From positions 32,001 to 96,000 of the forward strand of contig CAMTVD010000018.1 in NCBI GenBank assembly GCA_947085095.1: a stretch of 64,000 bases of DNA, written 5' to 3'. The position numbers and the translations under genes are program-made. Positions 9,537 through 19,256 of the stretch are shown piece after piece. Each line of letters starts with the position of its first letter. The stretch's first letter is position 1. The notes beneath the pieces are model-generated. The model had not been told where the DNA came from and made no database searches. It saw only the letters and a list, made by a program, of their open reading frames with translations. Source of the DNA: an uncultured Thermus sp. (GTDB lineage: Bacteria; Deinococcota; Deinococci; Deinococcales; Thermaceae).

Positions 9537-9545
9537 GATGGGGGC

Positions 9546-9938
9546 ATGGAACGCGTGGGTCTGCGCAGCGCCCCCAGAGTGACCCTAAAGGCCCTCAAGG
9601 AGGCCCTCAAGGGGGTCCGGTTTCCCGAGGCCAAGGTCTACCTCATCACCGACTGGCAGGACCGGAGGGAAAGGGCCCGCTACGCCCTCCTTATCCACGG
9701 GGGGAAGAAGGACCTTTTGGTCCCCGACGCCTTCGGCCCCGCCTTCCCCGGGGGGGAGGAGGCCTTGGCGGAGCTCATGGCCCTTCTCCTGGAGCGGGGG
9801 GCCCGGAGGTTCTACGAGGCCGTGGTCTCCCCGGGGGAGATGACCGCCCTTTTGGACCTACCCCCGGAGGAGCTTCTCGCCCGCATCAACGCCATCGCCA
9901 ACCCCACCGACCCCTACATCTACCGGCGGGCCGCCTAG
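9546..9938 (+). CDS. DUF3197-like protein (Deinococcus-Thermus)
   Basis: YLITDWQD and DAFGPAF motifs, recalled for this family. Confidence 0.7.
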   Translation: MERVGLRSAPRVTLKALKEALKGVRFPEAKVYLITDWQDRRERARYALLIHGGKKDLLVPDAFGPAFPGGEEALAELMALLLERGARRFYEAVVSPGEMTALLDLPPEELLARINAIANPTDPYIYRRAA

Positions 9939-10798
9939 GCGTAGAGGGCCCTCAGCCTCGCCGCCTCCTCCGCCAGGAGGGGGAGGTGGGCGAGGTCTAC
10001 CCCGGTCCTGAAGCCCCGCCTTTCCAGGTGGGGGAGGACCACCTCCGTGGGAAGGTTGCCCACGAGCTCATCCCCGGCGAAGGGGCACCCGCCCACCCCG
10101 GCCAAGGCCCCCTCCAGCCAGGGGATGCCCGCCTCCAAGACCGCCTCCACCTTCTCCAACACCCCCTCGGGCCGGGCGTGGAGGTGGGCCCCGAGGCCCC
10201 TGGGACCGAAGCGGGCCGCCGCCTCCTTTAGGACCTCTCCGATGGTTTTCGCCTCCGCCACCCCGTAGGTGTCCGCCAGGGCGATCTCCTTGACCCCAAG
10301 CTCCCTCAGGCGGGCGATGGCCTCCAGGACCATCCCCACCCCCCAGGGGTCCCCGTAGGGGTTGCCGAAGGCCATGGAGAGGTAGACCACCAGGCCAAGC
10401 CGCCCCTCCGTGGCCCGCACCATTTCCGCCACCAGGGGCCAGGACTCCTCCAGGGAGCGGTTGGTGTTTTTCCGCTGGAAGGTTTCCGAGAGGGAGAGGG
10501 GGTAGCCCACGTGGGTGAGGTGGGGGGCGTTGAGGGCCCTTTCCAGACCCTTCTCGTTGGCCACGATGGCCAGATAGGTGCGCCCCTGGGGCGGAGGGAG
10601 GGCCTTCAGCACCTCCTCGGCGTCCGCCATCTGGGGCACCCACCTGGGGGAGACGAAGCTGGTGAGGTCCAGGTGGTGGAAGCCCGCCTCCAGAAGCCTC
10701 TTCAGGAAGGCCACCTTCTCCTCGGTGGGGATGAAACGGGAAAACCCCTGCCAGGCGTCCCTGGGACACTCCACCCACTTGACCGTTTCCACGCCCAT
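9935..10798 (-). CDS. Hydroxymethylglutaryl-CoA lyase
   Basis: ECPRDAWQG, SFVSPRWVPQMAD, GAHLH, GGCPFA. Confidence 0.9.
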   Translation of the reverse strand: MGVETVKWVECPRDAWQGFSRFIPTEEKVAFLKRLLEAGFHHLDLTSFVSPRWVPQMADAEEVLKALPPPQGRTYLAIVANEKGLERALNAPHLTHVGYPLSLSETFQRKNTNRSLEESWPLVAEMVRATEGRLGLVVYLSMAFGNPYGDPWGVGMVLEAIARLRELGVKEIALADTYGVAEAKTIGEVLKEAAARFGPRGLGAHLHARPEGVLEKVEAVLEAGIPWLEGALAGVGGCPFAGDELVGNLPTEVVLPHLERRGFRTGVDLAHLPLLAEEAARLRALYA

Positions 10799-10839
10799 CT
10801 CCCTCCTTTAGAGCCCCCACCCTGCTGCCAGGATGGGGT

Positions 10840-12513
10840 TCAGACCTGGAAGACGCCCACCCGGAAGGGCTCCCGCTCCGGGTTCAGGGCGCAGGCCTCG
10901 AGGCTCCTGATGATCCACTTCCTGGTCTCGTGGGGGAGAATGACCCCGTCCACCCAGAGCCGGGCGGCGGCGTACCGGGGGTCCAGGGTCTCCTCGTAGC
11001 GGCCCTTGATGCGCTCGTAGAGCTCCTTAAGCTCCTCGTCCGAGGGCTCCTGGCCCTGGCGCTTGAGCTTCTCCACCTCCAGCTCCAGGAGGGTCTTGGC
11101 CGCCTGGGCCCCGCCCATGACGGCGTACTTGGCGCTGGGCCAGGCGTAGATGAAGCGGGGGGCGTAGGCCTTGCCCGCCAGGGCGTAGTTCCCCGCCCCG
11201 AAGGACCCCCCCAGGATCACGGTGATCTTGGGGACGGTGGAGTTGCTCACGGCGTTCACCAGCTTGGCCCCCCGCCTTATGATCCCCGCCTGCTCCGACT
11301 CCTTGCCCACCATGAAGCCGGTCACGTCCTGGAGGAAGAGGAGGGGAATGCCCATCTGGTTCACGTCCAGGATGAAGCGGGCCGCCTTGTCCGCCGCCTC
11401 GGCGTAGATGACCCCGCCCACCTCAATCCGCCCCTTCTTCTTGAGGACGAGGCGCTGGTTGCCCACGATGCCCACCGGGTATCCCCCGATGCGGGCGAAG
11501 CCGGTGACCAGGGTCTCCCCGTAGCCCCCCTTGTACTCCAGGAACTCCGAGCCGTCCACCAGGCGGGCGATCACCTCCCTCAGGTCGTAGGGCCGGGAGC
11601 CGTCGGGGGAGACCAGGCCGTAGAGGTCCTCGGCGGGGTAGAGGGGCTCCCGGGGTTCCTTCCGGGCCTCGGCCCAGGGGGCGAGGCGCGAGGGCGGGTA
11701 GAGGGCGGCGAGCTTCCTTATCCGCTCCAGGGCGGCCTCGTCCGTGGGCTCGTAGAAGTCCACGGTGCCGGAGACCTCAGAGTGCATCCTGGCCCCGCCC
11801 AGCTCCTCGGAGGAGACCTCCTGGCCGATGGCCGCCTTGACCAGGGCGGGCCCCGCCAGGTAGAGCCCCGAGCCCTCGGTCATGATCAGGACATCGGTCA
11901 TCACCGGCAGGTAGGCCCCCCCGGCCACGCAGTTGCCCATGATGGCGGAGATCTGGGGGATGCCGAGGGCCGACATCCGGGCGTTCAGGTAGAAGATGCG
12001 GCCGAAGTCGTCCTGGTCGGGGAAGACCTCGTCCTGCAAGGGGAGGAAGACCCCGGCGGAGTCCACCAGGTAAAGGGTGGGGATGCGGTTTTCCAGGGCC
12101 ATGGTCTGGGCCCGGATCACCTTCTTGGCGGTGATGGGGAAGAAGGCCCCCGCCTTCACCGTGGCGTCGTTGGCGATGATCATCCAAAGCTGGCCGGCGA
12201 TGCTTCCCAGGCCGGTGATCACCCCGCCCGAGGGGGCCCCGCCCCACTCCCCGTACATTCCCCACCCGGCGAAGGCCATGAGCTCGTAAAACTCCGTCCC
12301 CGGGTCAAGGAGCCTCTCTATCCTTTCCCTGGCGGTGAGGCGGCCCTTCTGGTGCTGGCGCTCCACGGCCTTGGGGCCGCCCCCTTGGCGCACCTTCTCC
12401 AGGCTCTCCCTGAACTCCCGCACCAGGGCCACCCAGGCGTCCTTGTTGGCCTTGAAATGGGGGCTTTCCCGGTTCAGGTGGGTCTCCAGGACGGGCCTCC
12501 CTTGGGCTTCCAT
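10840..12513 (-). CDS. Acyl-CoA carboxylase carboxyltransferase (beta) subunit, probably methylcrotonyl-CoA carboxylase
   Basis: GRLTARERI, ANDATVKAG, GNCVAGGAY, DPRYAAARLWVD; next to HMG-CoA lyase. Confidence 0.9.
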   Translation of the reverse strand: MEAQGRPVLETHLNRESPHFKANKDAWVALVREFRESLEKVRQGGGPKAVERQHQKGRLTARERIERLLDPGTEFYELMAFAGWGMYGEWGGAPSGGVITGLGSIAGQLWMIIANDATVKAGAFFPITAKKVIRAQTMALENRIPTLYLVDSAGVFLPLQDEVFPDQDDFGRIFYLNARMSALGIPQISAIMGNCVAGGAYLPVMTDVLIMTEGSGLYLAGPALVKAAIGQEVSSEELGGARMHSEVSGTVDFYEPTDEAALERIRKLAALYPPSRLAPWAEARKEPREPLYPAEDLYGLVSPDGSRPYDLREVIARLVDGSEFLEYKGGYGETLVTGFARIGGYPVGIVGNQRLVLKKKGRIEVGGVIYAEAADKAARFILDVNQMGIPLLFLQDVTGFMVGKESEQAGIIRRGAKLVNAVSNSTVPKITVILGGSFGAGNYALAGKAYAPRFIYAWPSAKYAVMGGAQAAKTLLELEVEKLKRQGQEPSDEELKELYERIKGRYEETLDPRYAAARLWVDGVILPHETRKWIIRSLEACALNPEREPFRVGVFQV

Positions 12514-12543
12514 GCCCCAAGTATAACGCTTTTCCGCTCCCTC

Positions 12544-13029
12544 TTAAAAAAGCGTGGCCTCTTTGGGGGGGCAGGGCGCTTTGGGCTGGGCCTTGGCCTG
12601 GCGGCGGGCCTCCCGGTCCACCCTCTCGTTCTCGGGGTGGCCGCTATGCCCCTCCACCCAGTGAAAGCTCACCTGGTGCCCCTCCATGGCCTTCAGCAGG
12701 GCTTGCCAGAGGTCCTGGTTCTTCACGGGCCTCCCCTCGGCGGTGCGCCAGCCGTTTTTCTGCCACCTCTCCACCCAGCCCTCGGCGAAGGCCCGCTTGA
12801 GGTAGTGGCTGTCGGTGTGGAGGTGGACCTCGCAGGGCTCCTTGAGGGCCAGGAGGCCCTCGAGGGCCGCTCTAAGCTCCATCCGGTTATTGGTGGTGCA
12901 GGGCTCCCCCCCGGAAAGGAGCTTCTCCCGCTTCCCATAGCGGAGGAGAGTTGCCCACCCCCCGGGCCCCGGGTTCCCCAGGCAGGCCCCGTCCGTGAAG
13001 AGGTCCACGCGCTTGCGGGAAGGGCTCAC
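12544..13029 (-). CDS. rnhA: Ribonuclease HI
   Basis: FTDGACLGNPGPGG, TTNNRMEL, TDS, VKNQDLW, GHPENERVD. Confidence 0.97.
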   Translation of the reverse strand: MSPSRKRVDLFTDGACLGNPGPGGWATLLRYGKREKLLSGGEPCTTNNRMELRAALEGLLALKEPCEVHLHTDSHYLKRAFAEGWVERWQKNGWRTAEGRPVKNQDLWQALLKAMEGHQVSFHWVEGHSGHPENERVDREARRQAKAQPKAPCPPKEATLF

Positions 13030-13048
13030 ACCCCCATTCTTCCACGGC

Positions 13049-13951
13049 CTAGCCCTTGGGGGCGGGCCCGAAGAGCCTGAGGAAAAGCGCCTCCAGGCTG
13101 GGTGTCCCCTGGGAGACCTCGAGGACCTCGGCGTCCAGGCGGGGGATGTGCTCCCGCAAGGCCTCCCAGGGGCCCAGAAAGAAGAGGCGGTCCGGGGCCT
13201 CGGGGAGCCACCCTGGCCCCAGGGCCCCCGCCAGGGCCTCGGCCCTGGGTTCCGAGAGGCGCAGGCGGTACCCTTCCCCCGCCCACTCCCGCAGGAGGGC
13301 CCGGGTGGGACCCTCCTTGAGGACCTCTCCCAGGTGGAGGAAGGCCACCCGGTCGCTCACCCGCTCCACCCCTTCCAGGTCGTGGGAGGTGAGGAGGATT
13401 CCCCACCCCTCCCCCTTGAGCTCCAGGAGAATCCCCTCAAACTCCCTCCGGCTCACGGGGTCCAGGCCCAGGGTGGGCTCGTCCAGGAGGAGGAAGCGGG
13501 GCTTGAGGGCGAGGGCCAGGGCCAGGGCGGCCTTCTGCTGCATCCCCCGGGAGAGGGAGGCCAGGGGGGCGTGGAGGCGTTCCCTTAGGCCAAAGCGCTC
13601 CAGCCAGGCCTCAAACCGGGGCCGCACCTCCCTGGGGGAAAGCCCCCGGATGCCCCCGAAGTAGAGGGCGTTCGCCAGAAGGCTCAGGTTCACGTACAGG
13701 TTGCGGCTTCCCTCCAGGAGGACGCCGAACTCGTGGCCATGGGGCCTCCACCTCCCATTCCCCTCTTCCAGAACCACCTCGCCCCCGTCGGGGAGAAGGA
13801 GCCCGAGGACGATCTTGAGGAGGGTGGTCTTCCCCGCCCCGTTGGGCCCGAGGAGGCCCAGGATCTCCCCAGCGCCAAGCTCCAGGCTCACCCCCTTCAG
13901 GGCCTCCAGCTTCCCGAAGCGCTTGTGGACGTTCTGCACCAGAAGCCGCAT
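13049..13951 (-). CDS. ABC exporter ATP-binding subunit
   Basis: GPNGAGKTT, LSRGMQQ, LLLDEP; real start is MRLLVQ at 13951 (TGATG overlap with the permease). Confidence 0.9.
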   Translation of the reverse strand: MRLLVQNVHKRFGKLEALKGVSLELGAGEILGLLGPNGAGKTTLLKIVLGLLLPDGGEVVLEEGNGRWRPHGHEFGVLLEGSRNLYVNLSLLANALYFGGIRGLSPREVRPRFEAWLERFGLRERLHAPLASLSRGMQQKAALALALALKPRFLLLDEPTLGLDPVSRREFEGILLELKGEGWGILLTSHDLEGVERVSDRVAFLHLGEVLKEGPTRALLREWAGEGYRLRLSEPRAEALAGALGPGWLPEAPDRLFFLGPWEALREHIPRLDAEVLEVSQGTPSLEALFLRLFGPAPKG

Positions 13952-14697
13952 CAGTACCTCCCCAGAAGGCCCCGTCGGCGAACTAGGGCGTACATGCGCA
14001 GGAGCAGGAAAGAGCCCAGAAGGAGGAGGAGTACTCCCTGAAGGAAGGCCCCGAGGTAGACGTCTAGGGGGACAGGTTGCCCCGAGAGGCTGAGCCGCAT
14101 GGCGTGAGCTGTGGGGGCAAGGGGCAAATAGACCATGTATGGCTGCCATTGCGTAAAGGAGAGGAAGTAGGGGATGAGGAGGAACTGGACCAGGGTATAA
14201 AAGGAGGATATTTGTCTGAAGTAAAGGGCCAAAGCTCCCATAGCCAAGGCCAGACCAAGGGCAGCGATGACCAAAGGGAGCAGTCCCAGAGGCCACCAGG
14301 GAGCGAAGGTGAGCCGTTGGCCTGTAAGGAGGAGCAGAATAATGAGAATCACACTCGTTTGTATCAGCACCAAGGTCCCCAGAATGCCCGCCCGCAGGAG
14401 AACCTGCCGCACCAACCCTCCTCTAGCCAGGGCCAGATGCTCTAGTGTGCCTTGGACAGCGTCCTCGCGGAGGATGAAGGCGATGGTGACATAAAAGCCA
14501 AGGAACAGCTGTAGGGCTGTGTAGATGAGCACGAGGGAGGAAGTATTAGGGAGGGCATCCTGGACCACAGCCCGAACCGCCACCAAAATGGCATAGAAGT
14601 AAACAACGTCTACAAAGAGTCCCACCAAGTTGTTCACCCAGTACAGGCGAAGGCTGGCCAGAGCCAAGTTCACTTCTGCTCTAAGCTGGTTAAGCAT
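13951..14697 (-). CDS. ABC-2 type exporter permease (low GC)
   Basis: About six hydrophobic segments, EDAVQGTLEHL motif; coupled to the ATPase. Confidence 0.85.
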   Translation of the reverse strand: MLNQLRAEVNLALASLRLYWVNNLVGLFVDVVYFYAILVAVRAVVQDALPNTSSLVLIYTALQLFLGFYVTIAFILREDAVQGTLEHLALARGGLVRQVLLRAGILGTLVLIQTSVILIILLLLTGQRLTFAPWWPLGLLPLVIAALGLALAMGALALYFRQISSFYTLVQFLLIPYFLSFTQWQPYMVYLPLAPTAHAMRLSLSGQPVPLDVYLGAFLQGVLLLLLGSFLLLRMYALVRRRGLLGRY

Positions 14698-14700
14698 CCG

Positions 14701-14889
14701 TCAAACCTCGTTTGCACACTTTGAATGGGGGACGGCGAACTCGGGCTGCCCCACCGTGTCCCAGCACTTCTGCAAGGTGCCGTCGGGCTCCACCACGAAC
14801 CCCTCGGGGTGGGCGGCCACGCACCCCTCAAGCTGAGCGGCGGGTTCCTGAAGGTTCACCACAGGTAGCTGTAACATCCCGTCTTGCAT
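14701..14889 (-). pseudogene. Mosaic ORF containing a radical-SAM SPASM-domain fragment
   Basis: CVAAHPEGFVVEPDGTLQKCWDTVGQPEFAV matches the SPASM start pattern C-x-A...VxPDGxxxxC; no CxxxCxxC radical-SAM core is present. Confidence 0.65.
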
Positions 14890-14927
14890 GCTCTTGCACC
14901 CCTCTAGGCCATCCTCAGGCTGGCCTT

Positions 14928-15005
14928 AGGGTAGCAGAGGGGAGGTAACAGCCGCGTAACTCAGAAAGTTCTCATAGAGGCCCTTCGGCGTTACGTGGTT
15001 GTTAC
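14928..15005. promoter_or_regulatory. Two oppositely oriented GTTAC-N6-GTTAC direct-repeat pairs and an extended -10
   Basis: GTAAC at 14945 and 14956; GTTAC at 14990 and 15001 (11-bp period); minus-strand TGCTACCCT at 14928-14936. Confidence 0.65.
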
Positions 15006-16450
15006 GTAAGGTCCCATTCCCTCCTGAGCCTTTCCACCCGGGCCTGGACGAGGGGAAGGCGGGGGTCTTCGGGGGGAAGGACCTCCAGAAGGGCTTCCCA
15101 GACCTCCAGGTCCTCCCCCAGGCGCTCGGCCAGGAGGAAGAGGGGCTCCGGGTCCTGGGAGGCCAGGGCCGCGTGCCTCAGGGCCTCCTCCAGCTCCAGG
15201 CGGAGGGCTTCCACCCCGGGGGCCCGGCTTTGGGGCAGGAGGGAGCCCCGGTAGCGGGCCAGGGCCCCCCTCAGGTCCCCCTGGGAGAGGGCCTCCCCCA
15301 CCTCCAGGAAGTCCGCCGCCAGGGCCTGGGCCAGGCGGTAGGGGCGGCTTTCCACGGCAAGCCCCCGCCGCCTCAGGCGCAGGACCTCCATGCGCAGGGC
15401 GGGCCCGTTGGCCTCCCCGTAGAGGGCCTGGGCCAACTCCTCCCCCCTCCACCCCTCCCTTCGGGCCAGGAGGAGGACCAGGAGCTCCGCCTGGCGTAGG
15501 GGAAGGGGCTCTCCATTCATCCTGGGCTCCCCCAGGGCCTGGAACTGGGCCGGGGGACCTGCGGGCCAGAGGAGCGCCCGCCCCCTCCGGGAAAGCGCCC
15601 CCAGGAGGGGATGGGCCCTTCCCAGAAAGAGGAGGCCCCGCATGGCCTCCTCCGCTGCCTCCTCCAGGAGGAGGGGGAGGGCCTTGGCCACTCCTTCCCC
15701 GTCCCCCCGGTAAAGCCCCTGGGCCAGGGCGAGGAGGGCCTGGGGGAGCGCCTCCCTGGCCCAGGGCCTAGCGGCCTGGAGGAAGGGCAGAGCCTCCTTC
15801 CCCAGGAGGCGGGCCGCGGCGGGGGCCAGGTAGGGGAGGCTGGGCAGAGGGGCCTCCTCCAGGGCCTTCCGCAGGTAGGCCCGGGCGGTGGGCTCCTCTC
15901 CCTGGAGAAGGCGAAGGTGGGCCATGAGGAGGCGGGCGTAGAGCCCTGGGCCTCCCCCCAGGCTCAAAGGCTCCACCTGGCGGAGGAGATCGGGGAGGGA
16001 AGGCTCCTCCGCCGCGAGAAGGGCGAGCCAGGCCCACTCCAGGAGGGCGGAGGGGGTGAACCCCCGGGCATGGGCCAGGGCGGCGTAGTCCAGGGCCTCC
16101 CTCAGGCGGCCGAGCCGCCTCAAGGTGCGGGCCAGGGCCAGGGCGAGGCGGCCTTGGGCCTGGGGGTCCTCGGTGCGCCGAAGAGCCTCCTCCAGGGCCA
16201 GGGCGCCCGCCCTCGGGGGCAGGGCCAGGCCCAGGTGGTAGAGGGTGAGGGGGGTCTGTGCCCTCTGGGCGGCCTTTAGGGCCAGGGCACGGTAGGCCTG
16301 AAGGTTGCCCCGCCTCGCCTCCACGAAGCCCAGAAGGGCCAGGCGCTCCGCCTCCAAGGAGTCCTCCTGGGGCACAAGGAGGAGGGCCAAGGCCTCCTGG
16401 TCCTTGCCCATCTCTAGGAGGGCTATAGCCTGAGTTAGGGATTCCCCCAC
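15002..16450 (-). CDS. TPR-like plus winged-helix/BTAD-like transcriptional regulator
   Basis: Helical-repeat N-terminus; C-terminal LRQAELLVLLL...EELAQALY...SRPYRL...ADF...ALARYRGSLLP as in SARP/BTAD-type regulators. Confidence 0.7.
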   Translation of the reverse strand: MGESLTQAIALLEMGKDQEALALLLVPQEDSLEAERLALLGFVEARRGNLQAYRALALKAAQRAQTPLTLYHLGLALPPRAGALALEEALRRTEDPQAQGRLALALARTLRRLGRLREALDYAALAHARGFTPSALLEWAWLALLAAEEPSLPDLLRQVEPLSLGGGPGLYARLLMAHLRLLQGEEPTARAYLRKALEEAPLPSLPYLAPAAARLLGKEALPFLQAARPWAREALPQALLALAQGLYRGDGEGVAKALPLLLEEAAEEAMRGLLFLGRAHPLLGALSRRGRALLWPAGPPAQFQALGEPRMNGEPLPLRQAELLVLLLARREGWRGEELAQALYGEANGPALRMEVLRLRRRGLAVESRPYRLAQALAADFLEVGEALSQGDLRGALARYRGSLLPQSRAPGVEALRLELEEALRHAALASQDPEPLFLLAERLGEDLEVWEALLEVLPPEDPRLPLVQARVERLRREWDLT

Positions 16451-16836
16451 GCTCTCTCCTCAAGACCCCAGATCCTCCCGGGGGCCAGCTCCACCAGGTT
16501 GCCCGCGGGGTCCTGGGTGTAGAGGCTTTTCCCCCCGGGCCACTCGGCCCAGAAGACGGGGTAGCCCGCCCTCTTCAGGCGCTCTTCCCAGAGGGGAAGC
16601 TCTTCCTCTTCCACCCGGAAGGCCACGTGGACGCTCCCCCGGGCCCCGTGAGGGGGAAGGGCCTCCTCCTTCTCCGTGAGCTTGGGGTTGAAGACCAGGA
16701 AAACCCCTCGCCCCGCGCGGAAGAAGGCGTGCCGGGGAGGCTTGAACTGGAAGCAGGGGAGGCCCAGGACCCCCTCGTAAAAGGCCCGGGCCTTCTCCAG
16801 GTCCTCCGCGTAGACCGAGGTTTCCAGGACCTCCAC
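16435..16836 (-). CDS. VOC / glyoxalase family protein
   Basis: ETSVYAEDLEKARAFYEGVLG, HVAF, DPAGNLVEL. Confidence 0.88.
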   Translation of the reverse strand: MEVLETSVYAEDLEKARAFYEGVLGLPCFQFKPPRHAFFRAGRGVFLVFNPKLTEKEEALPPHGARGSVHVAFRVEEEELPLWEERLKRAGYPVFWAEWPGGKSLYTQDPAGNLVELAPGRIWGLEERAWGNP

Positions 16837-17123
16837 TACTTGAGCCGGGCGATGAGGTCGGCCACGGGGATGGCCTCTAGGGTGGTGGTCTTGACGCTCC
16901 CCCTCGAGGCCAGGTGGAGCATGGCCCGGGCCACGGCCAGGCTGTCCTCAGCCTCCACGATGTTCACGAAGTCGTAGGGCCCCAGGACGGCATACTGGGC
17001 CACCACCTTGACCCCGAAGTCCCGCTCCAGCTCCCCATTCACCTCCTTGATGCGCTCGGGGTTCTTGACCAGGGTCTCGGCACCCTCGTCCGTCAGGGTG
17101 CTGAGCACGATATAGGTGGGCAT
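16836..17123 (-). CDS. GYD-domain protein
   Basis: MPTYIVLSTLTDEG...LGPYDFVNIVEA. Confidence 0.85.
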   Translation of the reverse strand: MPTYIVLSTLTDEGAETLVKNPERIKEVNGELERDFGVKVVAQYAVLGPYDFVNIVEAEDSLAVARAMLHLASRGSVKTTTLEAIPVADLIARLK

Positions 17124-17148
17124 AGGTTCACCTCCTTTCCCCTTCAGC

Positions 17149-17715
17149 CTACCCCCCTTGGGGCTCTAGGTCAACCCCAGCGTAGATGGCTTCCACGGAA
17201 AGGGCTCCTTCCAGGCAGGGGAGGATAAGCTCCCCCGCCTCGAGGGCCTGGTGGAGCACCTCCTCCCCTTCCTTGCGGTAGAGCTCCACCAGGGGCCTTT
17301 CGGCGCTCACCAGGAGGTAGCCCTTTAGGGAAGGGAGGGAAAGATAGCGCCAGAGCTTTTCCCTCCGGTCCACGGCCTCCGTGCGGGGGAAGAGGACCTC
17401 CACCACCAGGCAGGGGGCTTCCTCGTAGAAGGGGTTTTCCGGGGGAGGGGCGCAGACCGCCATGAGGTCTGGGTAGTAGAAGGTGGCTTCCCCCACCTGC
17501 AGCTTCATGTCCGCCACGTAGAGGCGGCACCCCTTCCTGCGGGCCAGGGGATAGAGGAGGTAGTGGAGGTTGCTCACGAGGAGGTTATGGGCCCGGTTCG
17601 CCCCGGCCATGGCGTAGGGGACGCCCTCCAAAAGCTCGTGCTTCACTGGGGAGGAGGCCTCCAGCTCCAGGTACGCCTCAGGGGAAAGCCTGAGGAGCTT
17701 GGCGGGTTCGCCCAT
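17149..17715 (-). CDS. Uma2 family (DUF820) endonuclease
   Basis: KHELLEGVPYAMAG, YYPDLMAVC, PCLVVEVL, DRREK; ATG overlaps the guaA stop. Confidence 0.88.
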   Translation of the reverse strand: MGEPAKLLRLSPEAYLELEASSPVKHELLEGVPYAMAGANRAHNLLVSNLHYLLYPLARRKGCRLYVADMKLQVGEATFYYPDLMAVCAPPPENPFYEEAPCLVVEVLFPRTEAVDRREKLWRYLSLPSLKGYLLVSAERPLVELYRKEGEEVLHQALEAGELILPCLEGALSVEAIYAGVDLEPQGG

Positions 17716-19226
17716 CACTCCCATTCTATGGTGGCCGGGGGCTTGGAGGTGATGTCGTAGACCACCCGCCCGATCTCGGGCACCCGCCGGGTGATGCGCC
17801 TGGCCACCTCGTCCAGGAACTCCAGGGGGAGCCTGGCCCAGTCCGCGGTCATGAAGTCCTCGGTGGTCACGGCCCTGAGGGCCAGGACGTGCCCGTACCG
17901 CCTCTCGTCCCCCGCCACCCCCACGCTCTTTAGGGGCGTGAGGACGGTCAGGGCCTGGGCCACCTGCCCGTAAAGCCCCCACTCCTTGAGGAGGCTTATA
18001 AAGATGTCGTCCGCTTGCCTGAGGATGTGGAGCCCTTCCTCCGTGACCTCCCCCAGGAGGCGCACGGCGAGGCCGGGGCCGGGGAAGGGGTGGCGGAGGC
18101 GAATGGGGTCGGGAAGCCCCAGGAGGAGGGCCAGCTCCCGCACCTCGTCCTTGAAGAGAAGGCGGAAGGGCTCCAGGAGCTCAAACTCCAGGTCCTCGGG
18201 CAGACCCCCCACGTTGTGGTGGCTCTTGATCTTGGCCGCCCCGTGCCCGCCGGCGGACTCAATGACGTCGGGATAGAGGGTGCCCTGGGCCAGGAAGCGG
18301 AAAGGCCCCCGCTCCCTTGCCACCTGGCTGAAGACCTCCACGAACTCCCGCCCGATGATCTTGCGCTTTTCCTCGGGGTCCTCCACCCCCTTTAGCGCCT
18401 TCAGGAAGCGCTCCTTGGCCTCCACCACGAGGAGGTTCACCCCCAGGGCCCTCAAGGCTCCTTCCACCTCCTCCCTCTCCCCCAGGCGCAAAAGCCCGTG
18501 GTCCACGAAGACGGCCAGGTGGTCCACCCCCGCCCGGGCCAGGAGGAGGGCCAGGGTGGAGGAGTCCACCCCGCCGGAGACCGCCAGGAGGACCCGGTCC
18601 TTCCCCGCCTTCTCCCGCACCTCTTGGAGGAGGCCCTCGAGGATGTGCTCCGGGGTCCAGTCCCGGGGCACCTGGGCGATCTCCAGGAAGTTCTCCAGGA
18701 TCTGCATCCCCTTGGGGGTGTGGGCCACCTCGGGGTGGAACTGGACCCCGTAGAGGGGGGCTCCTTCGGCCTCCATGGCGGCCACGGGGTTCTCCTCGGT
18801 CGCCGCCGCCACCCGCCACCCCGGGGGAAGCTCGGTGACGGCATCGCTGTGGCTCATCCAGACCTGGACCTCCCCGGATACCCCCCGGAAGAGGGGCCCG
18901 GCGAAGCGGGTGAGGAGGGCCTTGCCGTACTCCGCCCGCCCGGCGCGCTCCACCTTGCCGCCGAGGCTCTGGGCCAGGAGCTGCATCCCGTAGCAGATGC
19001 CGAGGGTGGGTAGGCCTAGGCCCCAAAGCCTGGGGTCGGGCCTGGGGGCATCCTCCTCAAAGACGCTCTTGGGGCCGCCGGAGAGGATCAGGGCCTTTGG
19101 GCGGTGCTTCAGGATCTCTTCCAGGGATGCTGTGCCCGGCAGGATCAGGGAAAAGGCCCGGAGTTCCCGGAGCCTCCTGGCGATGAGCCGGGTATACTGG
19201 GAGCCGAAGTCCAGGACCACCACCAT
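17715..19226 (-). CDS. guaA: GMP synthase
   Basis: [47 protein letters not shown] at 19226. Confidence 0.97.
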   Translation of the reverse strand: MVVVLDFGSQYTRLIARRLRELRAFSLILPGTASLEEILKHRPKALILSGGPKSVFEEDAPRPDPRLWGLGLPTLGICYGMQLLAQSLGGKVERAGRAEYGKALLTRFAGPLFRGVSGEVQVWMSHSDAVTELPPGWRVAAATEENPVAAMEAEGAPLYGVQFHPEVAHTPKGMQILENFLEIAQVPRDWTPEHILEGLLQEVREKAGKDRVLLAVSGGVDSSTLALLLARAGVDHLAVFVDHGLLRLGEREEVEGALRALGVNLLVVEAKERFLKALKGVEDPEEKRKIIGREFVEVFSQVARERGPFRFLAQGTLYPDVIESAGGHGAAKIKSHHNVGGLPEDLEFELLEPFRLLFKDEVRELALLLGLPDPIRLRHPFPGPGLAVRLLGEVTEEGLHILRQADDIFISLLKEWGLYGQVAQALTVLTPLKSVGVAGDERRYGHVLALRAVTTEDFMTADWARLPLEFLDEVARRITRRVPEIGRVVYDITSKPPATIEWE

Positions 19227-19256
19227 ACGGCCCAGTCTACCCGTTAGCATGGGGGT

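Noticed and set aside
10930..13080. Long antisense or alternate-frame ORFs (716 aa here; also 3624-5573, 19625-21286, 24508-26388, 28717-30408, 38515-39972)
   Set aside because: These are shadow ORFs of well-supported genes, expected at high GC with strong codon bias; they have no recognisable motifs.
13952..14296. N-terminal extensions given by the ORF track (ABC ATPase; likewise guaA, ruvB, galT, GH2 at 30684, gcvPA, Uma2)
   Set aside because: They overlap neighbouring real genes; downstream starts with stop-start coupling or promoter/RBS signals fit better.
17149..17715. Uma2 gene at the guaA 3' end as the edge of an integrated element or a defence system
   Set aside because: No att repeat or integrase is visible, and Uma2 paralogs are common scattered genes in Thermus. 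The EVLFPRT variant alone is too weak to call a pseudogene.
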